NCBI GenBank assembly: GCA_013239625.1
Contig: MU054466.1
Location: 1,116,001-1,180,000 of the forward strand
From: Lama guanicoe
Lineage: Eukaryota
DNA length: 64,000 nt
Direction: 5' to 3'
Of the stretch, positions 61,061-64,000 are shown one piece after another (the first letter of the stretch is position 1; each line of letters begins with the position of its first letter). Under the pieces are notes generated by a model. The model saw only the letters and a program-made list of their open reading frames with translations. It was not told the DNA's origin and ran no database searches. A program made the translations under genes and the position numbers.

Positions 61061-64000
61061 AAGAAATTCTCCTGGAAAAGGAAATAAAAATCAGGAGACA
61101 TAGCCTGAACTGTGGGAAAATACAGTCATACCAAGTGATCAGTACTTTTCTAAACATTTGTAAGTCAACCGTTTAAAAATTTTGGTAATTCTTCTAAAAT
61201 ACAGAAGCAAAACAGTCAATCACGGATGCAGAGCTGTGGGTCTGCCTCCCGGGCAGCACTGAGGCAGGAACGATGCCACAGGTGGAACCCAGGACTCAAA
61301 GCCATGAATAGAAATGAAGAGCTAATGAAGACCTTCGCACACAACCGCACTGAAATGCCCGATTCCGGAAACATGGCTACAGCTAGGCTGGACGTGGGTC
61401 ACAGGCCTCTCTGAAATATCTTAGTTTCCTCTCTTTAAAGCAGCCCGCGGGCAAGGCAGCAGGCTGGCTGAGGGTGCCGGGGATGCGCGGCCGAGGTCCG
61501 ACTCCCACCTCCTTTGGGGAAAGGAAAGGCTTGCTCTTCCTCCGCCTCCCGCATCCACAGTGACCATGAGCTTCCCAGGCTTCCGAGGCTCTGGTGGGAC
61601 AGGTGACGTGTTGAGGTGGCAACTGAAGGGGTCTGCACGGTTTCTGAAGCCCCTCACTTGGGCGAGGCTGACAGGTGTACTAGAGTTACGCAAGACTCAG
61701 CGTGCGAGTAAGAACCAGCCGCGGAACGAGCATGGACAGAGAACGGCCGCACGTTCACCAAGCAGACCCTAAAGCACCGCCGGCGTGCATGAGCCCGGGC
61801 CCGACGGGGATGGGCACCCCAGGAGTGGCCCCCCTGGGGACCACGCTGGACATCTGCACTGCTAGGGGACACTTTAAAACGCGGTATTGCAGAGCAGCAC
61901 GAGTTAGCTACTATTCCATGAATAAAACACTTTTCTATCCAAAAACATAAGTACGAATACTTTTTCACTGCAGACGCCGACAGGGCGCCTTGTCATGAAC
62001 CTTTTGATTCTAACCAAGGAAGGTGTCCCCACTTCTGCGGGGAAAAGGGAAAGAAAAACATATTAGTGAGAGCAGTCTGTGGAAGAGAGACGACATTTCA
62101 GGTAGATCGGGTCGGAGCAGCAGTGCCTCAGGGCGGCGGGAGCGGCACGCGAACCAGGGCTGCGGTCTCTGCACCCGCCCTGCGGGGTCCCCTCCCGGCT
62201 CTCCGACTTCCAGAATCCACACCAAGGAAATTGGTCGAAACACGGGGGAAGGGAACCACGCAAGGTGAACCTGGACGGCTGACCACAGGAGAATAAAACA
62301 TGGACCGACACGGAGCCGTCAAAAATCAGTGAGAAGAATACTTTGTGACCCAGGAAAACGCCACGTGAAAGTGAAACAGTAAGACAGAGAGCTGCATGGC
62401 TGTCACGATGGCAGCAGTGCGACTGCATAAGCACCGGAAGCGTGACGGGAAAGGAGACCAGCACGCACGCGGCAGCTCTCGGCACTACTTCGTGACTATT
62501 ACTGCTTTCTTCGACTTTTCAAATCTATGACGTTGCTTTCTTCTACAAATCTTCTAAAAAGGTGAAAAGGATAAAACGGTAAATTATAAAATGAAAATAA
62601 TTCATGTTCCAAGGCACAGAAAGGTACAGAACACTATGGGATTTAAACAGGCGGCGGTAAAGGCAGGTTTCAGGAAGAGTTAGCATTTGACACAGACCTG
62701 GAAGATGCTACAGGCCTACCAGGGCCGGGAGGCGGGCCCCTGCCTTCTGGGATCGGATTTTCATACAGTTTGCAGTTTCAAAGGGTGTGACTGTGTGTGT
62801 CCGCATCGACAGCCTCACAGCCCCGCGCCCCACGACCTTTTGTCACACAGGGATATAAATTCGCAGGAATGAGCTGAAAGCCTGGAATAAAAACGACTGC
62901 AACACGAGAAAGTAATACCATGTCTTAAAATTATGACTGTTTATACGCGAGTTAACACACTGTAGATTTTGAGCTCAAGCTTCTTATTAACCTCACTTTA
63001 ATTCACTAACTCAGTAAATGCGGCCTGCTGTGTCGTTAATTTAGCGGAAGCCCTGTTCACTGTATTTCATCGGCAGGGCGGAGGCTCTCCCCCTCTGGCT
63101 CCTCCCACACCTGGTGTCTCCGCTCACCCAGAGAAGCGCGCTGCTGTGAGTGATTCACAAAAACCGAAGCCTGACATACCTAACCAAACACTCCAAGACA
63201 CAAAAGGAGTGGGAATTCTGTAAGCCACAGTAGTTACGACGCTTATTTCCTTAGTAAAAAATTCTGGCGTACAAATGTGGCCAGCTTGTTTCAAAGCCTC
63301 CCCCAATCTGTATCCCCCGAAATCAACTTCATTTCTCAAATTATCCTAGTAAAAATAAAACGCAGACATTTAGAATCATATGGATTACCTCTGACCCCCA
63401 GTTCCAGCCATCAGCCCCAGTACTAGACCCACTAAAACTGAGGAACTGTTTTATGAGATTGAAGAGCTAGTTCATAACACTTGTTTGATTAGTAAGTGGC
63501 AGGAAAGGGGCCAAAAGCACCAGAAGTGTTTAATAGGCGTGTGGGAACAAGGGAACAGGGAGGCCCTCCACATCCGGCGATGATGTGGAGGGCAAGGTCT
63601 TCCCCGCCCAGCTGGAAGGGGCAGTGCGGGCCAGGAGGGGACCTGGGCCAAATGCTTTGCTGTCTTTTGATTTCCACCCTCCTCAACAGCACTGAGGAGC
63701 TGGCAAGCTGGCAAGAAACTACAAGGTCAAAATCTAAGGGAGAGCAGGGACCCAGAGGCAGCAGGGGATGGGGGGTGCAGGGGAGGGGGCCTTGGGGGAG
63801 GGAGGGAGTCAGGGCGCCCAGGCAGCCCAAGCAGGAAGCCTCAGAGGCAAAGCTCCCACACAGGCAGGGACCCCAGTGGGCTGTTCCCATAGGGCACCAC
63901 CTCCCCTCCTCCCACAACGTCCACCGGGGGAGCTTGGCATCGACAGGCGCAGAAAAGGAGAGAAAGGAACAAAATATGGCCCCGAGGACTTCCAGCCACA

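Larger units (their letters stand above)
30901..64000 (-). other. RPTOR: RPTOR intron 1 (partial; exon 1 lies beyond the window end)
   Basis: Upstream of the exon 2 acceptor. No exon 1 peptide (MESEMLQSP...WRMKDR) is seen in the window. Confidence 0.85.

Overview
Mammalian genomic DNA, very probably from a camelid (camel, alpaca or llama), judged by a camelid-type tRNA-derived SINE (Vic-1-like) and camelid/artiodactyl L1 3' ends. The window lies inside RPTOR (Raptor, the mTORC1 scaffold) on the minus strand. It holds part of intron 1 (30901-64000), coding exon 2 (30798-30900, 103 nt), intron 2, coding exon 3 (20196-20278, 83 nt) and part of intron 3 (1-20195). I found neither exon 1 nor exon 4. 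The rest is GC/CpG-rich intronic DNA with old L1/L2/MIR, two Charlie1-type hAT elements, MER46C, MER68 and MLT1 LTRs, four SINEs, one young solo ERV LTR and a 188-nt N gap. Nearly all ORFs in the track are chance ORFs of GC-rich DNA. I cannot support a wholly new biological system. The best leads are three. (1) A sense-oriented young LTR with an intact TATA/CCAAT-array/octamer promoter, and a CpG-island promoter-like block, lie 1.2 and 4.4 kb upstream of an exon that starts exactly with ATG, so alternative promoters making an N-truncated Raptor are possible. (2) Repeat fossils show a strong AT->GC substitution bias, and some AT-rich islands appear to resist it. (3) Exons 2+3 form a 186-nt stop-free in-frame unit. 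Repeat family names come from remembered consensus sequences; repeat boundaries are approximate unless stated.
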